From Eledone cirrhosa (lineage: Eukaryota), in assembly GCA_964016885.1 (NCBI GenBank), contig OZ024745.1, forward strand, positions 73,718,001 to 73,782,000: a DNA stretch of 64,000 nt, written 5' to 3'. The notes beneath the pieces are model-generated. The model was not told the DNA's origin and did not search any database. It saw nothing but the letters and a program-made list of their open reading frames with translations. This document shows, one piece after another, positions 37,680 through 49,656 of the stretch. Numbering within the stretch: the first letter of the stretch is position 1; each line of letters opens with the position of its first letter. Made by a program: the position numbers and the translations under genes.

Positions 37680-37996
37680 GAAGATGTGTCGAAATAATAA
37701 TTTTTGAAAGCTATACTAGCGAGATTGATGAAATTGATGTTCATATTCAACATTTGTAAATCAGTGTCTATGGCGGAAATCGGGTAGAGAGACCGAATTC
37801 AAGATGGAAATCGTTCTAGATAGAAAGGATTGAGTAAAATGTTTGGTATGAAGTCTGAGTGTAGGATAGAGTAAGGGGTAACAGTATAAGGAACATTCGT
37901 AATGGAGTAGTTTTGGATGGAAGTGTTATGCAGATAGTCAGTTCAACAAACCAGAGACCGTTGTAGCAGTGTTGGAAGAGTCAGATATGAAAAGCA
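37680..37996 (-). mobile_element. Old CR1-group LINE 3' fragment
   Basis: LFQHCYNGLWFVELTICITLP..TTPLR resembles the CR1 C-terminal F.RYY.G.CS.EL motif. Confidence 0.35.
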
Positions 37997-38199
37997 TCAC
38001 CTATAATATCGTGTAGAGCATAGAAGAAGAAGAAGAAGAAGAAGAAGAAGAAGAAGAAGAAGAAGAAGAAGAAGAAGAAGAAGAAGAAGAAGAAGAAGAA
38101 GAAGAAGAAGAAGGTGTGGTAGTAATAATAGGTCTATAGTAAAGGAGAATGGAAAAGACAAAGGAGGAGAAGCAGAAGAAGACGACGGGGAGGTGTGGT

Positions 38200-38296
38200 T
38201 CCCTTTCATCCTTACGGGGTCGATAAAATAAAGTACCAGTAAGGTACTGGGATAATTGCTGGCCTTGTGCCAAAAGTAGAAACAATTATTATTATT
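38200..38296 (+). mobile_element. SINE 3' half after a (GAA)n run
   Basis: cctttcatccttacggggtcgataaaataaagtaccag...agaaacaattattattatt. Confidence 0.85.
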
Positions 38297-38440
38297 AGTA
38301 GTAATAGAAGCTATCCGCGGGGCTGACCTAAATGGTAGAGTGACCTAAAATTGACCTGAAGTAGTAATTGTTTCTAAATATATCTATCTTTCTTAGTATT
38401 TCTCTAGGAAATACATTCGTTCTTAATTTGTCTATCGGTG

Positions 38441-38600
38441 TTAATGTTGGGTGCTTGTTGCAGTTTCGTCTGTGGTGGATGCATTTATACGGGGTTCGTA
38501 TTTTGTGATAAAGTATAATTCTTTGCTAGTGCGTTGAATGTGGGTAGCGTTGCCTTCAAATTTAGAGAGGGGAAACATTCTGAAGTTGGGTTGTTCTATA
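38441..38600 (-). mobile_element. Penelope-like GIY-YIG C-terminal fragment, inverted relative to the downstream PLE
   Basis: EQPNFRMFPLSKFEGNATHIQRTSKELYFITKYEPRIN aligns with QQPNFKIFPIYKFIDNASFIHRTNKETYFINKFQPLLN of ORF 41715-42146. Confidence 0.75.
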
Positions 38601-38628
38601 TACATAGAAAGAGAGAGAGAGACAGAGA

Positions 38629-38726
<98 letters not shown>

Positions 38727-38985
38727 TAACATCCCGCACACGGTGCCAAGCCTTTACGAGTGTATATTAATATTTCGAGGGTGTGAGAAAAATAGATCAC
38801 TGGTCCTGATAGTGGTTTGGTTGAGTTTATCATAATAGTAAACTGGTCTGATGGAGAAACTGGGTGGGTAGGTTGTTGGGGGGGGGGGGGGGGGGGCTTG
38901 ACTATGGTAAGTGTATCTGGTCAGGCAATAGGTCAGGTGAGAGCGAGAGAGCGAGAGAGAGAGTGAGAGAGAGAGAGAAAGATAT

Positions 38986-41900
38986 ATAAATTAACTAATA
39001 CCTTAACACTTCACACAAAGTAAAATATTTTGTTTTAAACATTTTCTAAGCCAGAAAAAAGAGAAAAAAAAAAAGAAAAAAAAAAATGTTCTTCCTAATA
39101 ATCGTTTTTTCTCCCTATTTACATATATATATATTCCAACTCGTGTGCCCCTTCTCCACATTTTATAATTATTATTTACTCCGACACGAGATACAGAAAA
39201 TGCCACCTAAAACAAAAACAGACTCCACTCTCATTAGCATCAATCAAGAGATACTCCAAGAACTACAAAAAATAAACTCTAATTTGTCAATACTCGCCGA
39301 CAAACCTAATTCTACAAGTGAAGAAACAATCCCCAAATACACATCCTATGAAATCAACGACAATATCAACAACTTATGTGAAACAATAAAAACACACCTG
39401 AAAAACAACACAAATCCTATTCAAGCAAACGAGAAAACACATGACACTAATACACTTACAACTTACCAAATAAAAAACAAATTAATACCACAATGGTACA
39501 CATCTCTTAAAAACAGGAAATTCTCCTTTTGGAAGATGATACAAAATAATAACAAAGCAGAGATCTATGAAAAATGGATTAACTCATCCCCCATTAATCC
39601 TTCCCCGCAAACTACAAATTAAATCTATCCCAAATGAACCCGAGACACAAAGACGCCCCAGGGAAAGAATGGCACTTCATAACATGAAAACCGAAATTGA
39701 ACTCCTTAAATTGAGAGCCCAAACAAATCAATCGACGATGAGATTAATCAAGCAATTATCAATAAAACCAAAGACACCACCCTAGAAAATATTTCAAAAC
39801 TATGGTTGGAGGACTGTAATAAGGAAGAATTAAAATCCCTTCAACGTTGGGAAATAAACGTAACCTGGTTCTCTAACTATGAAACACTTTTCCAAAAAGA
39901 ACACACATCCAAGAACCCCCCCATTAAAACCAAAATAACAAGAAAACACTACAACTTCTCTCCCACCAGGAGAAGCCATAGAAACCCTTACAACACCCCT
40001 AACATCCCCACACAACAAACCCACAACTATCATTACTTTCAACATAGAACCCAAAATACACAACTACCACACATGCCACATAGGGCCTCACAACCACACA
40101 CCAACTATAAGGAAACCTCTATCTACCATCCTCCACTAACCACATCCTACAACAACACCAGCAGGGGACAATACAACCACACGAGACTCCCTAACCACTA
40201 CAACCACCATAACTACACACCATACAACAACAACAACAACAGCAGGACTCAATATAATCACACAAGACAACCCTACTACAACTACCACCAAGTCTACACA
40301 CCTTACAACAACAGCAGGGCTCAATACAACCATACAATACAACCTAACTTCAACAACCACCACAACTACACACCCTATAACAACGTCCATCAAATCTACA
40401 CACCCTACAACAACAGCAGGGCTCAATACAACCACACGATACAACCTAACTTCAACAACCACCACAGCTACATACAATCTAACAACAACAGCAGGGGCCA
40501 ATACAACCATAAGAGACATCCAAACTTCAACAACCACCACAATTTCCGTAGTCATTTTTTAGAAACAGCACACAGACACAGGGTAACAGGATAACACAAA
40601 ACACACAAGAGACACAAAATGTAATAAAAAGAATTAACAACAGACCAAATCAACATACTCTCCAAAGGTCTGAAATTTACACCAACTACCCCGAAAGGAA
40701 GGAAGACATTGCAGAATTCTGTAGAAAACCTTACTAGTAACCTTTGATGTAATCAATCTATATTCCAATATCCCACACAACCTAGGTATAGAGGCAATAC
40801 AATTCTGGCTTGAAAATTTCCCTAATGAACTTCCACAGCGCATCCCTAAAGGATTTGTGATGGAGAGCCTCAAATTCATCTTGGAAAATAACTTCTTCGA
40901 ATTCGATGCCAAATACTACAGACAGAAATCTGGGACTGCCATGGGCACGAAAGTAGCCCCCTCATACGCCAACCTTGTCATGGGATATTTGGAAACTACT
41001 CTCTACCGTAAAGATTCTAGACAAATACGGAAACCACTTCTACCTACACATAGAGAAAAACTGGAAGAGATATCTGGACGACTGCTTCATCCTCTAGCAT
41101 GAAAGTATAGAAAGACTGATGGAGTTTAAAACACTTCTAAATGGACTCAACACAAACATACAATTTACAATGGAATACAGCCATGAAGAACTCCCTTTCC
41201 TTGACATCCTCATCAAGAAAACAAACAACAAAATAGAAACAGACATATACTACAAACCCACAGACTCCAAACAATATCTTCCATTTAACTTGTGCCACCC
41301 TCGCCATACCAAAATGGCAATTCCTTATAACCTAGCCAGAAGGATCTGCACAATAGTTTCAAATAAATACACATGCTACATACGACTAGAAGAATTAAAG
41401 AACACACTTATCAGCAGAAACTACCTACCATCCCTAATCAACAATGGATTCCAACGTGCCCTAAAACTCAACATCCAGCAACTCAGACACCTCAAACCCA
41501 GGAATGAACCGAAACACAAAACTCTACCACACATCACACACAACCCCCTCAACAATGAGGTGTTCGACACCATCCTCCAGAACATTCCTTTACTTAAAAG
41601 AGATCCAAGAATGAACAAAATCCTCCAAACACACAACATCATAAAGAGCAAAAGACAACCTAAATCCATAAAAAAAACATCCTCACACAAGCCAAAATCC
41701 AACCAACCGTCACAATGAACCTTACAGTCAAAAAATCCGAAAGGCCCAACTGTGGTATATGCATAAATCTAATAGAAGGTTCAACATTTCATTTTAAACA
41801 AGGACAACATTTCACAGTTAAATACAACTTTACATATGCATCTGAAAACCTAATCTATGTTTTGACCTGCTCAGGTTGTCGAGAGCACTACATAGGACAG

Positions 41901-42579
41901 ACAAAAAACAGCCTCCGACAACGTATGACCGTCCATAGATCACAAATCAAAATACAAGAATACAGAAAGATTGCTTTTAGTGAACATATCGCCAATTGTG
42001 CACCCAACCAACAACCAAACTTTAAGATTTTCCCCATTTACAAATTCATAGACAACGCTTCTTTCATCCATCGTACCAATAAGGAAACGTACTTCATTAA
42101 CAAATTCCAGCCACTACTTAATGGACTAAACTTCGGACTAAACTAAAACTGGAACGAACAATGAACCATAGCACAAAATTCCTACGTTCTCTAAAGAATT
42201 ACCTCCCTCACACCCTACCTAATCCCTTTTCTTATACCCCCTCTCCTCTCTTTCTCCTACCCAACCACCCTGAATTACCTGCCCTTGCATATTAACTCTC
42301 TAAAAAGGGAAAACATATCCAACCCCAGACTACCATTTGACTCCATCATGGATCAACTTCTCTAAGCGCGCCTGCAATAATAACACTTTTTGAACTGCTT
42401 ATCCTCAAGAACTATGCCTGTAAATAATATTATTCTTTCTTTCCCATTTCAATAACATGTTCAACATCACCTTATCTTCTCTCCTACATTTTATACCATT
42501 ATAAATTCCCCCTTTTTTTGCTCTCCCACTCACATAATTTGATAATGCATAAAATGCTGAAACCGGCAATTGACAATTA

Positions 42580-42615
<36 letters not shown>

Positions 42616-42780
42616 ATACTATTGTTAATTAATAAATAAATTAACTAATACCTCAACACTTCACACAAAGTCAAATATTTTGTTTTAAACATTTTCTAAC
42701 CCAGAAAAAAAGAGGAAAAATAAAGGAAAAAAAAATTTTTTCTTCCTAATAATCGTTTTTTTCTCCCTATTTACATATAT
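38986..42780 (+). mobile_element. Penelope-like element (Neptune-like), decayed, with direct terminal repeats
   Basis: pLTR-like direct repeats at 38986-39128 and 42636-42780. NILSKGLKFTPT; RT motifs FDVINLYSNIP, YRQKSGTAMG, RYLDD, LPFLD; Cys linker RPNCGIC; GIY-YIG NLIYVLTC..C..HYIGQT...LRQRM..H. Flanked by (GA)n/(TA)n. Confidence 0.9.
40600..42146 (+). pseudogene. PLE reverse transcriptase and GIY-YIG endonuclease pseudogene
   Basis: ORF pieces 40857, 41119 and 41715. Internal deletion near 40725. Confidence 0.88.
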
Positions 42781-42810
42781 AAAGAGAGAAAAAGAGAAAA
42801 AGAGAGAGAA

Positions 42811-42874
<64 letters not shown>

Positions 42875-42943
42875 CGAGAGCGAGAGAGAGAGAGAGAAAG
42901 AGAGAAAGAGAGGGAAAGAGACAGAGTGAGAGAAAGAGAGACC

Positions 42944-43024
<81 letters not shown>

Positions 43025-43519
43025 GGAGAGAAAGAGATAAATACAGAAACAGACAATCAGATAGTGAAACAATATTTCTTTTTTTGGCGCGTACAAATAA
43101 AAATAACTTCTTAGAAACGCTACCCTGACATCTTAGCGTAACAAATGGACAGAAATGACAATCATTATAATATAAAACTATTCTTTTTAAATCCTACACT
43201 ATTTTTTATTTATATATATATACATTTATTTACTTTGACTTTTGTCACCATCATTGTTATTGTTATTACAGTTCTTATCTGCATGTTATACAAATTCCCC
43301 ACCTACGGCTTTCTCATCTCCTTTTTCAGGCTTCTTGGCGATTTCTAATTGTTTTGCTGTTAGAGGCTGTTTTGTTATTCCTATTTAGTTCAAACATAGA
43401 TAAAAGGCTCATATTATAATTAGTTTGATATTGCCTAGCAACGAAAACATGCGTTCGCATATTTACACATATGCACATACACATGCTCCCCCTCTCTCTC
43501 CCCCCCTCTCTCTCTCCCC

Positions 43520-43563
<44 letters not shown>

Positions 43564-43720
43564 ATATATATATATATACATATATGCAGTGGTTATATTT
43601 AATTTGTTGGGATTCAACATGCTTAACATTTTTATAACTGATATAAAGCACTCAACAATTTAGTGGAGTAAATACACAATATATTAATAAATGGAAACTA
43701 TATTTATAAAACCATATTTA

Positions 43721-43782
43721 TTTTATTATATATATTTCAAGGGCAACCAAGGCAAATTATGGTGCGCTTTCATCAGATAAAA
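43721..43782 (-). ncRNA. Type I hammerhead ribozyme in the inverted PLE repeat
   Basis: Reverse complement of 47163-47224. Confidence 0.75.
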
Positions 43783-44033
43783 TACAGATTTGCTTTATAA
43801 ATAAATATTGACATACCCGGAAAAAAAGACAACCTTAACGGCTGGAGCTTCCTGGATAGTGGAGATAATATTTTATTGAGGGTAATACAAAGTTATGAGT
43901 GAGTATGCAAATGAGTGTCCGAAAAGTTGAAAAGATAACGGTTTATTTAAATTAAACTGTTGGAAGAAGATGATATGTAAGGGAGACAGAAAAAAGAAAA
44001 GGAAGGAGAAAGAGAGAAGAGGAAAGAAAGAAT

Positions 44034-45680
44034 TTGAAGGACTATAAAAGAAATTTTGAAATTGAAATACCAGTTAGACTGATTGCACCATCTAAATCGG
44101 ACCTTGGCATACTTAGCAAGAATATTTTAGATAGAATCATACCACAACTTAAGGAAATATCTTATTTAAAATTATGGAAAGGGACTAATGAAGTTATTGA
44201 CTGGTTTAAGGACATTAAATATAAACATAACAATAAATTCATTCAATTGGATATTGCTAATTATTACTCGTCTATCGCTCCTAATTTACTTAATAAAGTC
44301 CTTACATATGCATTTAAATATACAGATTTAACTAGCAATGAAATGCACATTATCTTAACTGCACGTAAAACATTAATTAAATTTAGCAACCACCTTTGGA
44401 CTAGAGCAGATAGGGATAACAATTTCGATATCACTATGGGGTCATCGGACTCGGCGCAATTAACAGATCTTGTGAGGCTTTTTATTAACAATACTTTACA
44501 AAGTAAAATACCAGAGATGACCGGTGGTTTATATCGTGACGATATGCTATTGCTTATTGAAAATAATAATAATTGTGAAATAAATAGGAAAAGAAAAGAA
44601 ATTATACAATTTTTTAATAGCGTTAATCTTAAAGTAGAAGTAGAGAATAATTATAAAATAGTTAATTTTTTAGATGTAACTTTAAACCTTAATACTGGTC
44701 TTTATTATCCATTTCATAAAATCAATGAGAATTTAAACTATGTTAACTTTAATTCCAATCACCCCCAGATCCGTTAAAAACACTATTGTAAATTCTGTGC
44801 AGCAACGTATTTCTAGAATTTCAGCGAATAAAAATATATTTGAAGATAAGGCGCAATATTATATCGAAGCGTTAAGTAGAGCAGGCTATAGTAATGAAAT
44901 TAAATACATTGATAATAAGGATGTGCCAATTAACCATAACTATAAATATAATTATAATAGGAAACCTTGCACTAACTCGAAAATCAAAAGAAGAAATAGA
45001 ACTAGAAATATATTATGGTTCGCTCCCCCTTTCTCATTAAGTATTAAAACTCCAATAGCTAAATTATTTTTTAAAGCTCTAGATAAGTGCTTTCCTAAGA
45101 CACACAGATGTTACTCAATCTTTAATAGACATACTATTAAACTCTCACTATGAATTTAGCGCAGAATATTAATAGAATTAATAATAGAAACTTAAAACCT
45201 AACCAGAATAGCATTAATACCCCTAGCAATATCCAATATAATGCTACGGCTCCCAATAATACAAATTCAGATAAATGTAATTGTAGAAATAAATCTAACT
45301 GTCCTCTAAATAATAACTGTTTAGTTAAAAATATAGTATACAATGAAAATTCCTCCTTTAACTATGTCGGCTCTACTTCCACAGACTTCAATTCTCGTTT
45401 CAATAACCATAAATGTTCCTTTACGAATATTGGTAAAAAATCTTCAACTTATCTATCCAACTTATTATGGAACTTAAAATCCAAGAATATTAACTATTCT
45501 TTATCTTGGAAAATTATCTCCGAGCTCGTTCGTACACGGCTCTATCAAAAAATTGGTCCCTTTGCGTTGAAGAAATATTCTTTATACTAAAAAGTAAGAA
45601 CTCTATTAATTTGCGAAATAATTTATTTAGTTCTTGTAAACATCGTTTAAACTCAACTTTTAGATATATATATAAAATGT
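44034..45680 (+). pseudogene. Naiad-like RT and GIY-YIG pseudogene
   Basis: ORFs 44034-44777, 44740-45153 and 45150-45590, plus a frameshifted tail WSLCVEE...SSCKHR. Confidence 0.85.
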
Positions 45681-46029
45681 AATATATGGTTAATCTCCTC
45701 TACATAATGTTTCTATATCCAACCACCTACAACCCCATCCTTCAGATTATATCTATATATGATTCATATATATTTAATTTACTTTCTATTATCTCTACCT
45801 CATAAATATACTTTATATTATTACACTTATCAATAGATTATAACCTTGTTTTATATGACTACTTGAAATTCTTTTAAGGAAAACTTTCCTTGAAAAACTT
45901 TCTGAAGGTTTAGAAAAATCTTTGAAAGTTCCTTTGAAAGATATAGAAAAACCATTATTTTCATATCTTCCAATATTTTATATCTTCAAACATTTTTATT
46001 ATATGTATCCAAATATTTATATATATGTG

Positions 46030-46345
46030 GAATAACATATGATTTTTATATATAGTTTTTTAATATATATGTGGAATAACCTATGGTTTATGTTTTAACT
46101 ATATTCTTAAGATAAATTTTTAAAAACTTTATAACATATATGACTTATAAAATAACCTATGGTTTATGTTTTAATTATATTCTTAAGATAAATTTATGAC
46201 TTCTTATAAAATAACCTATGGTTTATGTTTTAATTATATTCTTAAGATAAATTTATGACTTCTTATAAAATAACATATGGTTTATGTCTTAATTATATTC
46301 TTAAGATAACATTTTTTAACTTTATAACATTTATGACCTCCCATA
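46030..46345. repeat. AT-rich ~60-70 bp tandem repeat in the PLE 3'UTR
   Basis: aataac(c/a)tatggtttatgttttaattatattcttaagataa recurs about 4-5 times. Confidence 0.85.
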
Positions 46346-47162
46346 AAAAATGTTAAAAAATTAAAAAAAATTTTATTTTTTTATTTTTATGTATCCTTGG
46401 AGTCATTTGAGTTCTTAAAAAATCACTTCTAACTTCCTTTATACTTACTTTCTGTTTTTATAATATAATTAACTAGTTGTTCCTTTGCAAACTCTCGTAA
46501 ATTTTCATAAATTTAGAATTATTTTGATATTTAAGTTTTGACTTAATAAATATAATTTTGCCAAACTTACTTTAATAAAATAAACTATACTAGATTTTCT
46601 CTAATGTAAAATACTATATATTTATTTAAATAATTTATAATCCATAACATACACATCTAAACCAATATATTATTACTAATACATCTTAATATAATAATAC
46701 TTCTGTTTAAATTTTAATTTTTAATTTTAATCTAATTTTTCAACCTATCATTATAAATATTATAATCACAACGTAATGAACCCTACATTCTAAATATTAT
46801 TCTTCCACGTTAATCTTATTTCATTTAGATATATTTACGCTATGTATATTTTTCCATTAAAACTTATTTCTTCATTAACTCTGACTTTCTTCACTATCAC
46901 TATGTATAATCGTTCTTTCTTTCCTCTTCTCTCTTTCTCATTCCTTTTCTTTTTTCTGTCTCCCTTACATATCATCTTCTTCCAACAGTTTAATTTAAAT
47001 AAACCGTTATCTTTTCAACTTTTCGGACACTCATTTGCATACTCACTCATAACTTTGTATTACCCTCAATAAAATATTATCTCCACTATCCAGGAAGCTC
47101 CAGCCGTTAAGGGTGTCTTTTTTTCCGGGTATGTCAATATTTATTTATAAAACAAATCTGTA

Positions 47163-47224
47163 TTTTATCTGATGAAAGCGCACCATAATTTGCCTTGGTT
47201 GCCCTTGAAATATATATAATAAAA
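47163..47224 (+). ncRNA. Type I hammerhead ribozyme in the PLE 3' repeat
   Basis: ttttat-CTGATGA-aagcgcacc...ggttgccctt-GAAA-tatata-TA-ataaaa. Confidence 0.78.
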
Positions 47225-47269
47225 TAAATATGGTTTTATAAATATAGTTTCCATTTATATATATTGAAT

Positions 47270-47300
<31 letters not shown>

Positions 47301-47368
47301 CACACACACACACATATATATATATATGTACATATATATATACATATATATATACATATATATATATA

Positions 47369-48200
47369 CAAGCTAAACTACCCGTCCTTTGGATGGTTCA
47401 AGTAGCGTTCGATGTAACTCATTAAATTAAACAAAGTAAATTTGAATACATAGAAGAAAAACGTACTTTATGTAAACATGAAAACCTTAGGCACTATTCC
47501 AGCGAAATAATTAATATGTGAGCTCGGTGTCATCCGTTATACCATGTAACAACAGAAATCCAGTCTAGGTATAAATTTTTTTGACAACAGTAAAAGCGCA
47601 TCATGAAATAGAGAAGTGAAGTGAATAATAGACACTATTATGTACAAAGCATAATATTGTAAAAGTTATGACATCACTTAATGTATGAACATCAAGCTTG
47701 AAACGATAAATTATACAATGTCAAATCTATAACCTAACTTAGTAATCTGTTAGAAATTGCTGGTTGTGAAATATACAAAATGATATTGTTAGTCTCGAGG
47801 AAGCGTACCTTTTGTTTCAAGTACAAAGAGTGAATTAAAATCCGAATGAGCCGAATTACGAAAGATAACTCTTGTCTTACTTAAAGATAACTCTTGTCTT
47901 ACTTAAAGATAACTCTTGTCTTACTTAAAGATAACTCTTGTCTTACTTAAAGATAACTCTTGTCTTACTTAATCACGAAAATTCACAAAAATAACCGATA
48001 AATTTTTTATTGTCTCCAAAGGCCCCAATATCGATTTTTGAAAGCCTTTGTAGATCATTTACAGGTTTTGTGCAAGGAGAAGCTCTGTAAAAAATTTCAA
48101 AGAAGTCGCATGAATAGTTTAGAATATATGAGCCCTCATTAAAAATCGTCCACACACACATACACACATACAGAAAACTTCATCTTTATATATATACAGA
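47369..48200 (-). mobile_element. Non-autonomous Helitron-like element
   Basis: 5' end A|TCTGTATATATATAAAGATGAAG-(TG)n at 48200. 3' hairpin accatccaaaggacgggt followed by CTTG|T. Confidence 0.55.
47861..47970. repeat. 22-bp minisatellite, 5 copies
   Basis: aaagataactcttgtcttactt at 47861, 47883, 47905, 47927 and 47949. Confidence 0.95.
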
Positions 48201-48254
48201 TATACATACATATACATATATTATATATTACATACAGTAACTCCGCGTTGCACT

Positions 48255-48340
<86 letters not shown>

Positions 48341-48356
48341 GAATATTTCAGCGTGT

Positions 48357-48412
<56 letters not shown>

Positions 48413-48570
48413 AATTTATATCTAGTAACACTTATATACACACAGATGCATATGACGGAATGATTTTCTATATGTTTCTTCGGAAAATATATTTACTCCA
48501 TTCCAGAAACTAATTAGTTGGAAGTGATTTTTTAGTAAGTAAGTTAATTTTATAATTTTCTTATTTTACG

Positions 48571-48601
<31 letters not shown>

Positions 48602-49269
48602 GTAATAATAATTACGAAGACCCAAATCCAAAGAGGGCTCGATAAGGGTTGTATATATGTATAAGTATTAAGTATATATAAACCTGTAGAGCAAACATTT
48701 ATTATTAGTACAGATTAAAAGTTTAAATAATGAATTTTTGGTTTCACCCTAAGCAGGTATATCTGAAACTAAAAAAAAATTTAATCTGTAGACGCAGAAG
48801 CAAATATGTAAAAATATTACGATCAAATATTGCCTTTAGAAAACAGAAAGACTAAAAGGTAGTTCGGGAAGACGTTCTCTTGAGATAAGCGAAATGTATG
48901 CAATTACGTCATTATGCGGAGCGGGAATTACGTCATTATGTGGAGCGGGAAGAAAAAATTCTTTTTGTAAGAAATCATATTCTTGGTATGAAAGAATCAG
49001 AAGACTAATATTTTTTTTAGAATAGCCGAATAAATTTTATGGAAAATTATATTAATAGTAGTAAAACGCTTTTCTATTTTGAACTCTTGATATAGACCAA
49101 CTGTGAATTCATATTCCTTCTTAAACACACACACACACACGTTGGGGTGCTGTATTAATATAAGACGTTTCTAAAACCTTGCGGTGCCCAATCCTTTCGA
49201 GGTCTGAATAAAGCAGATTTCCCCCAGAGATGGATAAAGAGAGTGAGAGAATGGAAGTCAGAATGAGTA

Positions 49270-49430
49270 ATAGAGGAAGAATCGACCCCAGCATTAGACT
49301 GCCTTTTTTTTTATCAACCTCGATGGATGAAAGGCAAAATTGACCTTGGCGCGATTTGAACTCAGAGAGCAGAGAGCCGGAAGGAATACGGCAAAGCATT
49401 CTATCCGACATTCTAACCACTCTGCTAATT
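49270..49430 (-). mobile_element. SINE
   Basis: gatgaaaggcaaaattgaccttggcgcgatttgaactcaga is the reverse complement of the SINE core and head. Confidence 0.75.
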
Positions 49431-49656
49431 ATCTGTCGTACGTATAAATATACAAACACAAAATCCTACACATGTACTTTTTAATAGTCTTGAAGATATT
49501 TAGGTAGTTCACAGAAATTTGGAAATAAATTTTGATCTTCCAATTCCCAATTTTCTCATATAAATTGAATTCGCTAAGTTCAATGACAAGGATACAACAT
49601 ACATACATACATACATACATACATACATACATACATACATACATACATACATACAT

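Larger units (their letters stand above)
43687..47258 (+). mobile_element. Penelope-like element (Naiad-like), 5'-truncated, with 346-bp inverted terminal repeats
   Basis: 43687-44032 is the reverse complement of 46913-47258. RT motifs VRLIAPSKSDLG, FIQLDIANYYSSI, FDITMGS, GGLYRDD, NFLDVTLNL. CNCR...CPL..NCL..NIVY..YVGST GIY-YIG. Confidence 0.88.
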
